From Takakia lepidozioides (lineage: Eukaryota; Plantae; Bryophyta): a stretch of 64,000 nt of DNA. Below, piece by piece: positions 1 to 12,335 of this stretch. The notes under the pieces were generated by a model. The model worked only from the letters and a program-made list of their open reading frames with translations. It did no database searches and was not told the origin of the DNA. A program made the position numbers and the translations under genes. Numbering within the stretch: position 1 is the stretch's first letter; every line of letters starts with the position of its first letter. The DNA lies in NCBI GenBank assembly GCA_030704615.1, contig CM060732.1, forward strand, positions 34,348,001 through 34,412,000. Reading direction: 5' to 3'.

Positions 1-1089
1 CTTGAATGGGGCCATAAAGGAGGGCTAACTTGCAAGCCCAGAGTGTTGGCTTTGCCCTTCCTCCCAGGGAATTATCTTCGCTCTCTCCCGGAGATTGGGG
101 CGCACTTTGGCGCTTTCATAGGAGTAATGAATGTCTTTGAGCAGGTTGAGATTTGGGCATCGACAACGACCTGGCATCTTATGAGGCCCAAAGAGACGGT
201 GGTGTGCCTCATCTGGTGGTGATAATGTTGGAATCGGCTGCTATAGTCTCTTCTGTAAGACTTCCCACTCTAGACAATTCGTTTGTCTCTGTATCTGTTC
301 AAGAGGTGATTATTAATATTTCCACTGTAATGCAGAAGGCCATGTCAAGGCAGAATGCCCGGTCCTTCTGAGATCAAAAGCGAATGTGGTCTCCTCTCTG
401 GATAATGCGGGGTTGGGTACTTCCCATGGCCCCGATGTGGGTCTTTCCCTCAAGAGATCAAAGGTGACTCCCCCGGCGCCTCCGCCGGCAAAGAGAACCC
501 GTCTGGAACTCTCCCCGGCTTCGATAAACCCAAGGGTCTATCTGCTGTCTTCTCCCTCACAGGGTGCGCAAATCATCTCGGATGACATTCCAGCTTTGTT
601 CCTCATCACCTCGCCGAGTGGAAGACAGAGTCTGGCTGCCTCCTGCCTCCAGCTCAGGTATTTCGCGGACGTGGAATTACAGGATGCTTCGTACCTCGTG
701 GGAGGACAGTCGATGGCCATTAATATCTCCCCAATTATTTTTGAGTTCCCAGAAAGATCCCCGTCCATTCTGCTCTCTGGAAACAACAAAATTGCCTCGG
801 CATGGATCACGAAGAAGGATATTCTCTCAGTGACCTTGGGGACGGAGCTTGAGCTCATTTTTAGCAAGATCCGCGAGATCTTTGCTTCATCTTTTCCACT
901 ATTTGATCTTTCATCTAAGTTTGCTGTTTATTTTGGCTCCAGGATTCACCAATCAGCTTCCAATAAGAAACTGTTTTTCGTGCAAGTTCTTCATCTTCTA
1001 AGGTTATCTGATATGTCCAACTTGCAGCCAGCAGAAGTGGGTACATAAGTGGATATATGGAAGCTCGGTTCTTGTGGAACTCAGGAACT

Positions 1090-1165
1090 CTCACAGGGAT
1101 ATTTGAGTGATGATACAACTCTAATAATGAGACATGGAAGATTGGATGGATGCGCATACTAGTGC
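1090..1165 (-). mobile_element. Ty3/gypsy integrase C-terminal relic (GPY/F-region motif)
   Basis: The minus-strand translation MRIHPIFHVSLLELY matches the IHPVFHVSLLKPY motif at the end of Ty3/gypsy integrases. No other pol domains are adjacent. Confidence 0.55.
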
Positions 1166-1885
1166 ATCAGGTAGGCCCTTTCTGGAGGCAACCTATGAAG
1201 CAGGCAAAACCCTATTGGAGGCTTTCCGCTCATCGCAAAAATACGCTCGCAATAGCGAAAAATCGGCCCCATCGGATGACCTGGCTGTAGTCCCTACTCT
1301 AGATGCAGACAATACTTCATTCTGCTTGGCCCCCTTGGATCTTGCTATCCCGTCCCCCATCGCTACTTCTCGATGTGCGCAACGAAGGAGACAACAACTT
1401 TTCACTAGCTTTGATAACGCCTGGGGAAAATGGACCATCATCTACACAAGGACATCATACTCATTGATTGTCTAGAACGACAGCATGCCGCCATGTTGGC
1501 AGCTCCACTAGCGCCCATGTACATAACTACATACTACTTATAATTGTCTACTATCTATGGAGCAGGAAGAATCAGATAGGAATTGGAGGCATAAGAGAAC
1601 CTCCAAAAAAGGCAAATCCACATCTCACCTCTCTTTTGATTCCTCTGGACGCACAATCAATGAGCCTCTGTAGTCTTGTATTGCTGCTATGGACCTACTC
1701 ATCCTTAGTCTCCTGCAGCGTCTCTCAGATTTGGGCACGGGGCTGTGTCTCCTTTATCATCCTTACGGTTGTTTTCTCCCGAGGTTATTTTTTTCTCAGT
1801 TTTATTAATAAAATTTGTCAGGGCTCAAAAATATATATATATATTTAATAGCAATTACCAATTCAATGGGTCAAGAGTCAAGAGG

Positions 1886-1960
1886 AACGTGTATGCCATA
1901 TGCGCCAGCATGGTGGGTGCACGCCAAGTACTTGACAAAATGCCTCAACGGGATGCGTAT
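1886..1960 (+). pseudogene. isolated PPR S-motif relic
   Basis: NVYAICASMVGARQVLDKMPQRDAY is a decayed NMYAKCGSxxDARQVFDKMPxRDVV PPR motif with no surrounding repeats. Confidence 0.55.
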
Positions 1961-2060
1961 ACAATTTGTTCTTCAGCATAGTTTTTCTATCGAATTTTTC
2001 AACTTAAAAACTTTCTTTGACTTTTAAATATACTAAACTGTTTTTCATTGTGATTTACAC

Positions 2061-3106
2061 GAGTGTTGTGCGGGTGTATTGATTTCCCTTAGGGTATAAG
2101 TAAATTATTTTTGTAAAATCATTTACCCTCCGGATATGGATAAATTGAAATCTCAAAAATTTATTTACCCTCCGGGTATGGGTAAATTAACTTTTCAGAT
2201 TTCTATATAACCCCCGGGTATGGATATACATGCCAAAATATACCATGAGGGTATGAATAGTTTCCGGGTATGGATAGTTATTTCCATTAATATATAATTT
2301 AATGGTTTTAAAGAATGTATAATGTTCTTCAATAAAAAAAAAAAAATCTATGGTAAAAGAGAAAATTGATAAGATATTGCATAATATGTTGGTGTTAATT
2401 TCCAATGCAAGATTGAGATTATAAAAAAAGCACATCGGCTGGTAGCTCAGCTGGTAAGTGCACAATGTGTCACTTAGGTGGTTCGGGGTTCGAACCCGCT
2501 GCCCTGCCCCGTTTGTGGGATTGTTTTGTGACGGTATGTCTGGGCGTTCATCGTACCGTAGGTCTCATGGCCCATAAATGAAAGGGGGGCCTGAATTGTG
2601 GGCTGTCGCTGATTTCCTTAAATAAATAAATAAATAAAAACCCCTCAAGGACCTAAATTGTGGGCTGTCAGGTTTCCTTTTATATATATATATATATGCG
2701 AGATCTGAAGAGGTATTGTTTGGATTATACGACATTTAAGGAATGATATATATGTAACCTTTTTTTTAGCTGTGATTGGAGCTTTCTGATAGCTCAAGGC
2801 TCCCTAACAACACAACAAAAAGAGAAAAGACCTAGCACATAAAGGCTATGAAGGCACATAAAGGCCCTTTTATACCCTCATTATATATACCCTTCATTTC
2901 AACATATACCCTTCAGGAAAGTAGGGTATATTGAGGGTCTTGATGCAGGGTAAATATAAGGATAAGGGTATATCATAAAAATATACCCTGATATAAGGGT
3001 ATCCATCCGGATACCTAAACTTGCCACACCAGGGTATACATATATCAATATACCCTGATATACCCGGCGGGTATATCAGGGTAATTCATATACCCGCCCA
3101 ACACTG
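2061..3106. mobile_element. non-autonomous hAT-type element (MITE-like) with GGGTAT/ATACCC subterminal repeats; contains a nested SINE
   Basis: Termini gAGTGTTGTGCGGGTGTATTGA...TCATATACCCGCCCAACACTG form an imperfect inverted repeat. Identical 8-bp TSD ATTTACAC at 2053-2060 and 3107-3114. Confidence 0.85.
2430..2698 (+). mobile_element. tRNA-derived SINE, family A (tRNA-Asp-like head)
   Basis: A box TAGCTCAGCTGG at 2443-2454, B box GGTTCGAACCC at 2487-2497, TGTCAC anticodon-like loop without a pairing stem, then a body and (TAAA)n tail. The tail segment is duplicated at ~2641-2698. Homologous copies at 13278-13495, 61983-62229 and 62631-62752. Confidence 0.85.
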
Positions 3107-3529
3107 ATTTACACCCAAGGTAAAATTTTCATAAATTTTGGATATTTATTGTAATTGATATCATGTTTTGAAGATATTAAGCTTAAGAAAATCATAATAT
3201 TACAATTTTTATGAAAAATTCAAGATTTATAGTAAATATATTAGGTTCATCTATGAAAATTATTAAAAATTTTTTTTTTCTCAAATTCAAGACAGGAAGA
3301 TCGAAGTTGGACGGACGGTACATTGAGAAGGGGATGGGCGTTTAGGGGTTAACATTTACAACTACTTTCACAAGTAAGTGTCCACTTACCTTCGTGGAAG
3401 TAATAGTAACATATAGATAAAAGATAAAGATTCTTTAACGTCCAGTGAATTTACATACTGCTCATTCACAAGGCCATCACAGAGCCTACTGCTCAACACC
3501 AGGCCATCGAGGGCCCAATAAAAGGACAC

Positions 3530-3610
3530 ATGTTGAAGGATTGAACCCAGGATCACCTAGGTTATGCACAGGCAAGGCACAAACACCAAACCACTGGGCT
3601 ACCTGCTCAA
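3530..3610 (-). mobile_element. tRNA-derived SINE head, family B
   Basis: The reverse complement reads GCAGGTAGCCCAGTGGTTTGG...GATCCTGGGTTCAATCC (A and B boxes). A decayed copy lies at ~12255-12335. Confidence 0.6.
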
Positions 3611-5167
3611 GTGCGGGTAGCACCTCCATAGAGAAGACGCCGGCCTGAAGCTCTGGCCCACGGCTTCTCTCGTGTTCTCTTCTCCCAAAGATAACTACTT
3701 CAGAGCCGACCAGTTTCGCAGCACCCTTCGTGATGAGACTAAAACTTATGCAATGAAGGGTGCTGGGAGTCTGATCGGCCCTTAAGTGGTCTCATCTCAC
3801 GCCCTGTCCGCTCGCTTGGGTCATGCGAGAGGCCTCGCGTCATGCAGCGGATTGATGGGCTGGGCTGTGGAGCTGACAGCGTTGGCAATGCGCAGAGGAC
3901 GGAGACTCTTGGATGTGGTGGCTGTGGCGCCTTCTGGGATGCCATTCAAATTAGGTAATAACACGAAACACTTCGCGGTTTCTTTTTTTGGGATCGCAGT
4001 ATGGTATGCTCTTTCTTTGCACAATTCAGCAGAAACGGATGTACTCTGGGCAAAAAAGCTTTCCGTAGACAAGGCCTATGATTGGTATATCTGGCGTGTA
4101 GATCAACGCTGGAGCATAGAACAGCGCTGGCAGGAAGATCCTTCACAATGTTGGGACAGTAGAGTTGGCAAGGTGAGCTTTCTTCATGTAGGATGTGAAG
4201 GATTCTGAGGGAATTTGACTATACTCCGGTGTGATCATATTGTGTGGACTGGATTGTACCCCTAGTTGTTCAGTAAAGTAAGAATCTCGATTTGCTCTGC
4301 AAAACTGCATTGTCTGTGTATCGTAGGTTGTTCTTTCTGAGCAGGGTGTTGAGGTGATCAAACTATATCGATAAAATGAACTGAGCCAGAGGGCTCCATA
4401 TATACTACTACACCACTACTTGGTGATCACCTGATAAAGGAGAGTGGAGGCACTGACTAATGAGTACTGCTACCTGCAAGGTAACTACTGCCTAAGCCTA
4501 ACTGCCCTTAACAACCTGCATGGATAACAATTGTCCACTAGTAAATACAGGGAAACCTAGGAGTTACTGGATGACAAGAAGATGAGAGTGGTATTTCTGA
4601 CACAGGGCATGAAAGTAGGATGCGCAAGGTCTTTTCCCTGGAGTTTGCAATGTACTTGGGGGGGTTGGGACTGTGGCTTCCCTGGTCGGATGCTCCTCAT
4701 TGTGTAGCGTCAAAATGGAGCCCAAAGTGACTGCATGAATGTTGTTGAAAGCTACAAGGATGTTGAATTCTGCAATTGTGTGGATTTATGGTTGTTTGGA
4801 GTGACATGTGACTGCCAAGGTGGCTACAAGAAAATATCCAAAAACAGATAACAGAGACGACGAGAAGCTTTGGAATGAATTTTTTTTCGGATTCCCAGTC
4901 AATGGTGGCACAATCGAGGCAAAATGGTGATTGCCTGTTAGATTACAGAGAGAAGCAGACAACAAGATGCATCGCAATGCTTTCTTGCAAATTGTCATCC
5001 TCTCTCTCCCTTGCACATTTCTGAGTCTTGGCAGCAATTCAGCATAGGAACTAGTGTGTGATAAGTTGGGTTGGGGTGTTTGCTAGAACAGATTTAGGCT
5101 GTCATTGTCAGCTGCCAGGGATGGAGTGTGGGTCCAGATTCGTCTGAGAGGGCCGGATTTCAAGCAC

Positions 5168-7090
5168 ATGATTACCTATGATTCTGTGTGCCACAAGGGA
5201 CCTGCATGGGTAGATGGTCAACTGGAAGCAGTAGCAGCAGCGCCACAACTGCTAAAATCAGGCACCTCCACCATGACCACAATTTCCGATAGAGGACCAA
5301 AAGAGGGAGTCCACAATGCTTCTTCTGAAACTTCAGGGCATGTGAGGACGCTATGTGAGACAGGGCAACTGAAAGAGGCTCTTCAGACTTTGAATGAAGG
5401 AAGCATCTCAGCAGATGAAGATATTTATGTCCGTCTCTTGCATAAGTGCATCAAGATGAAAGGCCTGGAAGCCGGAAAGCAGGTGCATGCTCACATTATC
5501 CAGAGTGGGTTCAAGCCAAACGTTTTTCTGCACAACACCCTTGTCAACATGTATGTTAAGTGCGGGAGCATTGTGGATGCACACCAAGTGTTCAACAAAA
5601 TGCCTGAACGATGTTTGATCTCATGGAATATAATGGTGGCAGGATTTACCAAGCATGGGTGTGGTAGGTATGCTTTGGAGACATATGAGCAAATGATGCA
5701 GGAGGGGGTGAAGCCCAACCACATCACATTTGTTTGTGTTTGCAATGCGTGTGCAAGCCTGGCAGCCCTGGAAAAGGGCAAAGAGGTCCATGATGACATC
5801 ATCAAAGCTGGAATTATACCAAATGTCATTCTGAACACTGCCCTAGTGGACATGTATGCCAAATGTGGGAGCATAGAGGATGCAAAGGGTGTGTTTGACA
5901 ACATGGCTGAACGAAATGTGGTGTCGTGGAATGCAATGATTGCAGGATACAACCAGCATGGGTGTGGGATGGAGGCTTTGGAGACGTATGGTCAAATGAT
6001 GTGGAAAGGGGTGAAGGCCAACCGGGTCACGTTCCTTTGTGTTTGCAACTTGTGTGCGAGCCTGGGAGCCCTGGAAAAGGGCAATGAGGTCCATGGTGAC
6101 ATCATCAAAGCTGGAGTTGTACCAGATGTCATTCTGAACACTGCACTGATGGACATGTATGCCAAATGCGGCAGCGTCAAAGATGCCAAGGGAGTGTTCG
6201 ACAATATGGCTGAACGAGATGTGGTTGCCTGGAGTGTTATGATTGCAGGATATGCCCAGCATGGGTGTGGGATGGAGGCTTTGGAGACCTATGAGCAAAT
6301 GATGCGGCAAGGGGTGAAGCCAGACCAGGTCACGTTCGCTTGTGTTTGCAATGCGTGTGGGAGCCTGGCAGCCCTGGAAAAGGCCAAAGAGGTCCATGGT
6401 GACATCATCAAAGCTGGAATTGTACCAGATGTCATTCTGAACACTGCCCTCGTGGACATGTATGCCAAATGCGGCAGTATCGAAGATGCAGAGGGAGTGT
6501 TTGACAATATGGCTCAACGAAATGTGGTATCGTGGAACACGATGATCGCAGGATATGCCCAGCATGGTTATGATATGGAGGCCCTGCAACTGTTGGAAGA
6601 AATGCAAGTGGAAGGCTTGAAGCTGGACAGTATTGCTTTTCTATGTGTTCTCTCTGCATGTAGCCATGCTGGCCTAGTGGATGAAGGAAAATACTACTTT
6701 GACTCTCTGAGTCAAGATCATGGCATCACTCCAGCCGTGGAGCACTTTGTCTCCATGGTGGATCTTCTTGGCCGTGCGGGGCGATTGGATGAAGCAGAGG
6801 AGTTCATTAACAAAATGCCAATCAAACCAAATGCTGTGGTGTGGATGGCCTTGCTTGGAGCCTGCAGAGTCCACCGCAATGTTGAGATGGCTGAACGTGC
6901 AGCAACTTCTATTCTCAAGTGGGATGAACAAGACGCTGCGACTTATGTGTTGCTATCAAACATCTATGCTGCAGCTGGCAGGTGGGACGATAGTGCAAAG
7001 GTGAGAAAAATGATGAAGGTCAGAGGGGTTAGAAAGGAGCCTGGTCGCTGTTGCATTGAGGTTGGCAACAGGGTGCACCCTTTATTGTAG
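5168..7090 (+). CDS. PLS-class PPR protein with E1/E2 domains and truncated E+ (organellar C-to-U RNA editing factor); possibly pseudogenising
   Basis: Intronless ORF with repeated P-L-S motifs (VVSWNAMIAGY, TFxCVCNAC, NTALVDMYAKCGS), P2-L2-S2, E domain WMALLGACRVH and PG box KEPG. First in-frame ATG at 5168. The E+ sequence continues in another frame after ~7080, and no DYW domain is present. Confidence 0.92.
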   Translation: MITYDSVCHKGPAWVDGQLEAVAAAPQLLKSGTSTMTTISDRGPKEGVHNASSETSGHVRTLCETGQLKEALQTLNEGSISADEDIYVRLLHKCIKMKGLEAGKQVHAHIIQSGFKPNVFLHNTLVNMYVKCGSIVDAHQVFNKMPERCLISWNIMVAGFTKHGCGRYALETYEQMMQEGVKPNHITFVCVCNACASLAALEKGKEVHDDIIKAGIIPNVILNTALVDMYAKCGSIEDAKGVFDNMAERNVVSWNAMIAGYNQHGCGMEALETYGQMMWKGVKANRVTFLCVCNLCASLGALEKGNEVHGDIIKAGVVPDVILNTALMDMYAKCGSVKDAKGVFDNMAERDVVAWSVMIAGYAQHGCGMEALETYEQMMRQGVKPDQVTFACVCNACGSLAALEKAKEVHGDIIKAGIVPDVILNTALVDMYAKCGSIEDAEGVFDNMAQRNVVSWNTMIAGYAQHGYDMEALQLLEEMQVEGLKLDSIAFLCVLSACSHAGLVDEGKYYFDSLSQDHGITPAVEHFVSMVDLLGRAGRLDEAEEFINKMPIKPNAVVWMALLGACRVHRNVEMAERAATSILKWDEQDAATYVLLSNIYAAAGRWDDSAKVRKMMKVRGVRKEPGRCCIEVGNRVHPLL

Positions 7091-8199
7091 ATGAAATGCT
7101 TCATCCAAAAATTGAGGAAATCACATGATGTAGGGGGAGGAGCAAAAGGCAATTTCTCTTTCCCACTAGTCGTTGGTTTTGGGGGTTTTGGGTTCATCAG
7201 CATGGCCCCTCGGATGTCTCTTGGTCTCATCAAGAATCTTCGCCAATTATCCCACCAACTGTTTCCCTCATGTCACCATTGAAAGTGATCCATCTTAATT
7301 TGTCATAGATTTTGGCTGTAGAGCACCACCCACATTAATCTCACCGGAAGCTCCTACATCCCTTATGTATCATCAATTGATTGACTGAATACTACGACTT
7401 GGGGGTTCTGGTAATTATTTGGTATCAAAATGAAGTTAGAGGAGAGTACGGGTCATTCTAAGTGTACAGTCACTGTCCACTCTTTACAGTGAATCTCAGC
7501 TGTTAGATTTTAAACTTTAAATTTCGGTGTTGATGCACCATGCCCTTGGTTGTCTTGGTATGGAGTGTGAACCCCGGATCTGAAAGGACATTTGTGTCGA
7601 GCATGCCCCAAGACATTACCTTCTGGACGGTTTTCCTAAACACAGTCATGGCAGCACAGAGGCGAGGGAGATGGGTGCTGGCCATGCAGTGGGAAGCAGC
7701 AGGTCATGGTCAAGCCAGAGAGATATGAAAGAGAAGAAGAGAAACCCACATGCACATCAGGTCAGGACATCACTAACCGGCATGCAACAACCTACCAGAT
7801 CCTGAACTTATTTGCGATAGTTCCATGTCAGTGCACACAATTCTTCCCAGTTTGTGCAAGTCGATTGGCGCTCTTTTGAGGTACATCTATAAATCGGAGG
7901 ATCTATTTGCCCATGGATTTCTCGGCGGTACCCATGGTCAATGTCTCTGATCAGTGCTTCAATCCTGCAATTTGCAACACTTATGCTAAAGAATGGAAGT
8001 CTGTGACTAACACTGCAGAGTCAGGTCTTGCTGTTTTCTAAAAAAACATAAAAAAATATAACATGGGCAACCGATCTGGCAACCGATCTGGCAACCGATC
8101 ATTTCATATATCGGTTATGCCGTCATTTGCTGGCCAATTAATATGAAGTTTTGGAACCTTATTCCCCACACACCCCCTCTGGCCATCCCATCCTCGTGT

Positions 8200-11100
8200 C
8201 TAAAGGTACTCGGCAAACCAGTCAAGCATCAGGTTGTGTGCCACTCCAGCCGCCTCCTCTGCAGGTGGATCCGTTTCATCATATCGCACTGTCCAACCAT
8301 GCTTCACGTCTGGAAATATCTTCACATAGCTTTTTAACTGCAGCCCATCAAACATATAAGACGTGACAAAGACAGAGGTGTGATCTACCGAATATGCTGC
8401 ACAAGCCTGGCTAAAAGGGAAACTGCCTTGGAAATTGCCTCCAAATTCTGTTAAAAAGACCATGAAAAAATAAATGCCTCACTTATACCCCATCCAGCAA
8501 AGGGGAGTCCAAATCTCTGAAAGATCAATAGAGGTATACATGATTTGCATTTCCTGCATATGCCACACTCACTATAATCTCAGGCACAGTAGAATAAAAA
8601 GAGGACTACTGAACTTAGTTTATAATAGAAGTAAAAGGTATAGACCTCTGTTCGTGACGCCAGGATTGGTATAGCCTTCTCAGCCCCATCTGTTGGAGCA
8701 GCCAGTACTGAAATCGGTACATTCACCTCTGCATTGACATCCACGGATTCAACACTGGAGTGCAGTGTGAGTGTGGTAGAGGGACAAGTTGGCCGTGTCT
8801 CGGTTTTTCCCATACTTCGTACATCGCAGTCTTACCACTACTTGTTTGAGGCTTGTGTCGCTGCTTCAGTGTCAGTGCCATGTACCTCTTCCCTCTTTAA
8901 ATCTTCACTTGGCTCCTTTTCTTGGGAGGTGATTGACCTTCCCCAGCTATTCTTCCCTCGTAGCTCTCTGGTTGCTAAATGAGTATGGGTTCCTACTGGT
9001 TTGGTGTGCCAAGGGAGTTAGCAAGGTTCATGTACTAAGGTTATTGTGGGGTAGCTCTTCGGGGTGCAGTGACACCATAGGATACGCTTGCTTCGGCTAG
9101 AGTCTTCCTTCTTTTTCCTTTTTTTTCACTCTATTGGGCGTGAAGCAAGGTTCATGTACTAAGTTTATTGTGGGATAACCCTTCGGGGTGAAGTGACGCT
9201 ATAGGATACGCTTGCTTCGGCTAGAGTCCTCCTCTTTTTCTTTTTTGTCACTCTATTGGGGGTGCCGCCAATTCTCTTTGCCCAAAAAAGGGTTAAAGAG
9301 GGAAGGAGAATAACATCACATATTACATCTTGAAGGCCTTATGCGAGTCAGAGAGGTAATGAGGATTTCCAGACTTGTCTCTTCAGCACTTGGAACAAGC
9401 AAGAAAAGAGAGGAAAAAAACGGAGATGGATCTGAATTTGCTAAGCTCTGAAGATTACAAGCACACAGAAAAAAGTTTGGAAAGTGAACACAAAATACAA
9501 CCATAACTTATCACAGAATATGGCAATGGGACTGGCCTTCATAATCTGTAGTTTCAATCAGGGAGGGATGTAGCTGCACGACCGCTTTAATAATCTCCTC
9601 CTTTCCAAGAAGAACTGCAACTTTTGCTGCACACACAACAGAGATATATCAACAAAAACAGATCCAAGTGTGGACAGCCTGAGAGCAAATTGTTTTAGTT
9701 TATATTCATGGACGATACGAAAGCAATTTTGGAAAAGGGACAGGACCAGATAAATGTTGACTGTATCCAGCAAATGAGGACAGAACCAGTAGTAATGCTT
9801 AAAAGAAAAACAATCAGAACAGCTAAAAAGGAATACCTCCCCAACAGAAGCCTGCTACACCGATGGAGCTTATTCCTTTGGCCTTAATTTCCTCCACACA
9901 CTGCTTTGCAACACCTACTGAATCAGACTGCATCACCATCACACAGGCCATTAAAAAGCCACACCCTCACTGTAAAGGAATATTGCCTTGTGAGGAGCTC
10001 ACTCCAGTAGTGGGACTTACCTTGATATGACCAATTGGTTTGGGCTTTCCAGATTTCCTCTAGATGTCCCTTCACACAAGCATCAATCTGCTGTGTGTGA
10101 GCTGCCCAACAATTAGACCCCCAACAGGGCCACGGCTTTACGCTCAGCCTCAAGTTTTTGATAGGTTGTGAACAGAGGTGCAGGAACAACATTCTTGATG
10201 ATCCTGAAGAGGTCTACGTGTGTGTGTGTGTGTGAGGGGGGGGAGAGAGAGAGAGAGACCGGTTTGTGATTTGCGAGCCAACTCGCAATTTCCTTCCCAC
10301 CTTCAGGCTCGAAAAAATCTTCACCCAAAAAGTTCGGGACGATCACCAGGTAGCCCTTGTCTGCCACTTTGTCAGCCAGTTTCCTGTCATACTCATTACA
10401 ACTAGCTGTAAGCCATCTCCCACCTGCCTCCTGGCAATGGAGCCCCAAGAGATGTCTGATATTTTCACCTAGACTGAAGATAGAAAGAGAGAGTAGCCCT
10501 TCCAAAGCCTGCATACAACCGAGCAACCTAAAACAACTGGTGCAGAGACAGCCATGCGCTCATTCTTAAGAGATGCCTAGAACAGAGGCTACGATGAGTT
10601 TGACAGGGGATACTGGCCCTTCCCGTCCTGGAGTTATAAACCTGGATGGAACACAATCTGTTAGTCGGAATGACGGATGATGTAGAACGTGCATAGATGC
10701 TGTAGTACAAGGCCTGACTTCCATTCTACCCCTGACATAGTAGCTCTATTATGGGACACATCTGGACACAATGTAGAGAAAAGGCATAGAGATAGTCACC
10801 TAAGAAGAGGTGCCTTGTATCCTGTACATAGGCAACCAACATAGCAGAGGACCATGTTAGTACGGTGCTCATATTCAAGAACCTGGTGAGCTCAAGCTTC
10901 AATTTAAACTTGAACGGGACTCAGCATCAGTTTTTCCTATTCCAGGATCACTTTAGCCTCCTTTCAATTTTGCATTTCTCACCTTCTACAAATCTGATAC
11001 AACTGTTATCAAATCACCTGAGAATGGCATGTCCAGTACTTTCAGACGAGGTAAAAACAGAGATTTGGCGCATTTGGACTGACTCCGTCCATGTGAATAC

Positions 11101-11900
11101 CAACATCTATGCAACGTGCAACCTGTGAAGCCCTACTGAAGTGTGGAAACTTCTGCCTGTACGCAGTGGAGTCTAAGAATTGGAGAATTCGTGGTTTAAC
11201 CAATAATCACAGTTAGCACTCAAGGTCGGGGTTTTCAGTACACTAGCTACCCCAAAGGAGGTCCCAGAATTCCATTATAGAGCAGCTGGTAGATTATCCC
11301 AGTCAAGTGCACCAGGGTGCAGATTCCAGCTTTGGCGCTAAGAGGAACAGGTTAATTTCTTCTAAGGTGTTCTCCTCCATGAGCTGTTGGTTGGAAAATT
11401 TGTTGCGTATTGATGAAATTCTCCTCTCGTTACTGCCAGAACCGATCAATTATGTTGTCCAAGTAACAACCATCAATCTCACACTATATTCACCTAACAC
11501 TCGTATAGGAGCTTGTAAATTGGGCCTGGCTGTACTACCTGAGTCATGTACCATGTCACCAATCGTTCACTGGCTAGCATTCATCCATGCGAGCATTTCC
11601 TACTGAGAGCTGGTTCGGCTGGACTATAGAATGCACACACCAATGATGAGCGAATCCACACGGAAACGGAGGGGTAAAACATGAGATTTCTAAAGACAGA
11701 GCAGGGAGGTGTATCAGCTCAACATAACGGAGGAAGAGAATTGACGTACCGAAAATGTCGGTGACGAGGATCACAGCAGCCGAGGAAGACGCCGAACCAG
11801 TGATGTACACAGGGAGCCCGGCTATGGTGTCCTCTTTCCCCACAGAGCTTTCCACAGCTGGAGGCGCGGGTGTGCAGCAGGCCTCGGTAAGCTTAGACAT
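8200..11900 (-). CDS. dienelactone hydrolase family alpha/beta-hydrolase (plant endo-1,3;1,4-beta-D-glucanase-like)
   Basis: Seven phase-consistent exons: 11900-11750, 10821-10800 (22-nt microexon GYKAPLLR), 10383-10260, 9927-9837 (GFCWG nucleophile motif), 9626-9537, 8728-8646, 8337-8200 (HGWTVRY). Intron 5 needs a GC donor. Confidence 0.92.
9020..9262. repeat. ~123-bp tandem duplication in hydrolase intron 5
   Basis: GCAAGGTTCATGTACTAAG...CACTCTATTGGG occurs twice, starting at ~9021 and ~9145. Confidence 0.85.
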
Positions 11901-12254
11901 GGTGCCCTAACAACTCCCTCGCTCCCGCTCTTCTCTCTGGCCGAGACTGTCCGCTGCGACTGCTCTAGACAATTCTCTGTATATATCTAGGAATGTTCTC
12001 TCTCCAACTGTTGATGCTCTCTACTTCGGATCCCTTTGGTGTTACCCATGTGTATGGTGTAACCCTCTTCCGTGTCAATCTGGATGATGTCACCCCAATC
12101 TTTGTCACTCAGTGTAGGAAGAGACAGCTTGTTTAGGCTTTCCGCAGATATTTGTGTTGGAGGAGCGCACACGTATGTGCCTTGCCCTTTACCGGGATCA
12201 TGGGCATGTAAAGTGTAGCGTGTTCTTTCGGCCAAAGGACTACTACTTTGGACA

Positions 12255-12335
12255 TCTTGAACTTTAGATTACTTAGGTTAAGTTAAAATGCATAGGCAAA
12301 GGCACAAACACCCAACCTCTATCCTACCTGCTCTA
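12255..12335 (-). mobile_element. decayed copy of SINE family B head
   Basis: Shares CTTAGGTTA...TGCATAGGCAAAGGCACAAACACC...CTACCTGCTC with 3555-3608. Confidence 0.55.

Noticed and set aside
153-1048. ORFs 153-371 and 386-1048 as a protein-coding gene
   Set aside because: Non-ATG starts, no recognisable domain, and adjacent to retroelement debris. Probably a degenerate TE, but I could not assign it.
2437-2510. tRNA gene
   Set aside because: A and B boxes are present, but the anticodon and acceptor stems do not pair, and it continues into a repeated body and tail, so it is a SINE head.
3700-4400. Overlapping ORFs of 66-140 aa
   Set aside because: No recognisable motifs or consistent exon structure.
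5491-6931. Minus-strand ORFs (up to 254 aa) over the PPR
   Set aside because: Antisense shadows of the repetitive PPR coding sequence.
10619-10641. Alternative candidate for hydrolase microexon 2
   Set aside because: Splicing in the required phase gives a stop. 10800-10821 gives the conserved GYxAPxLR.
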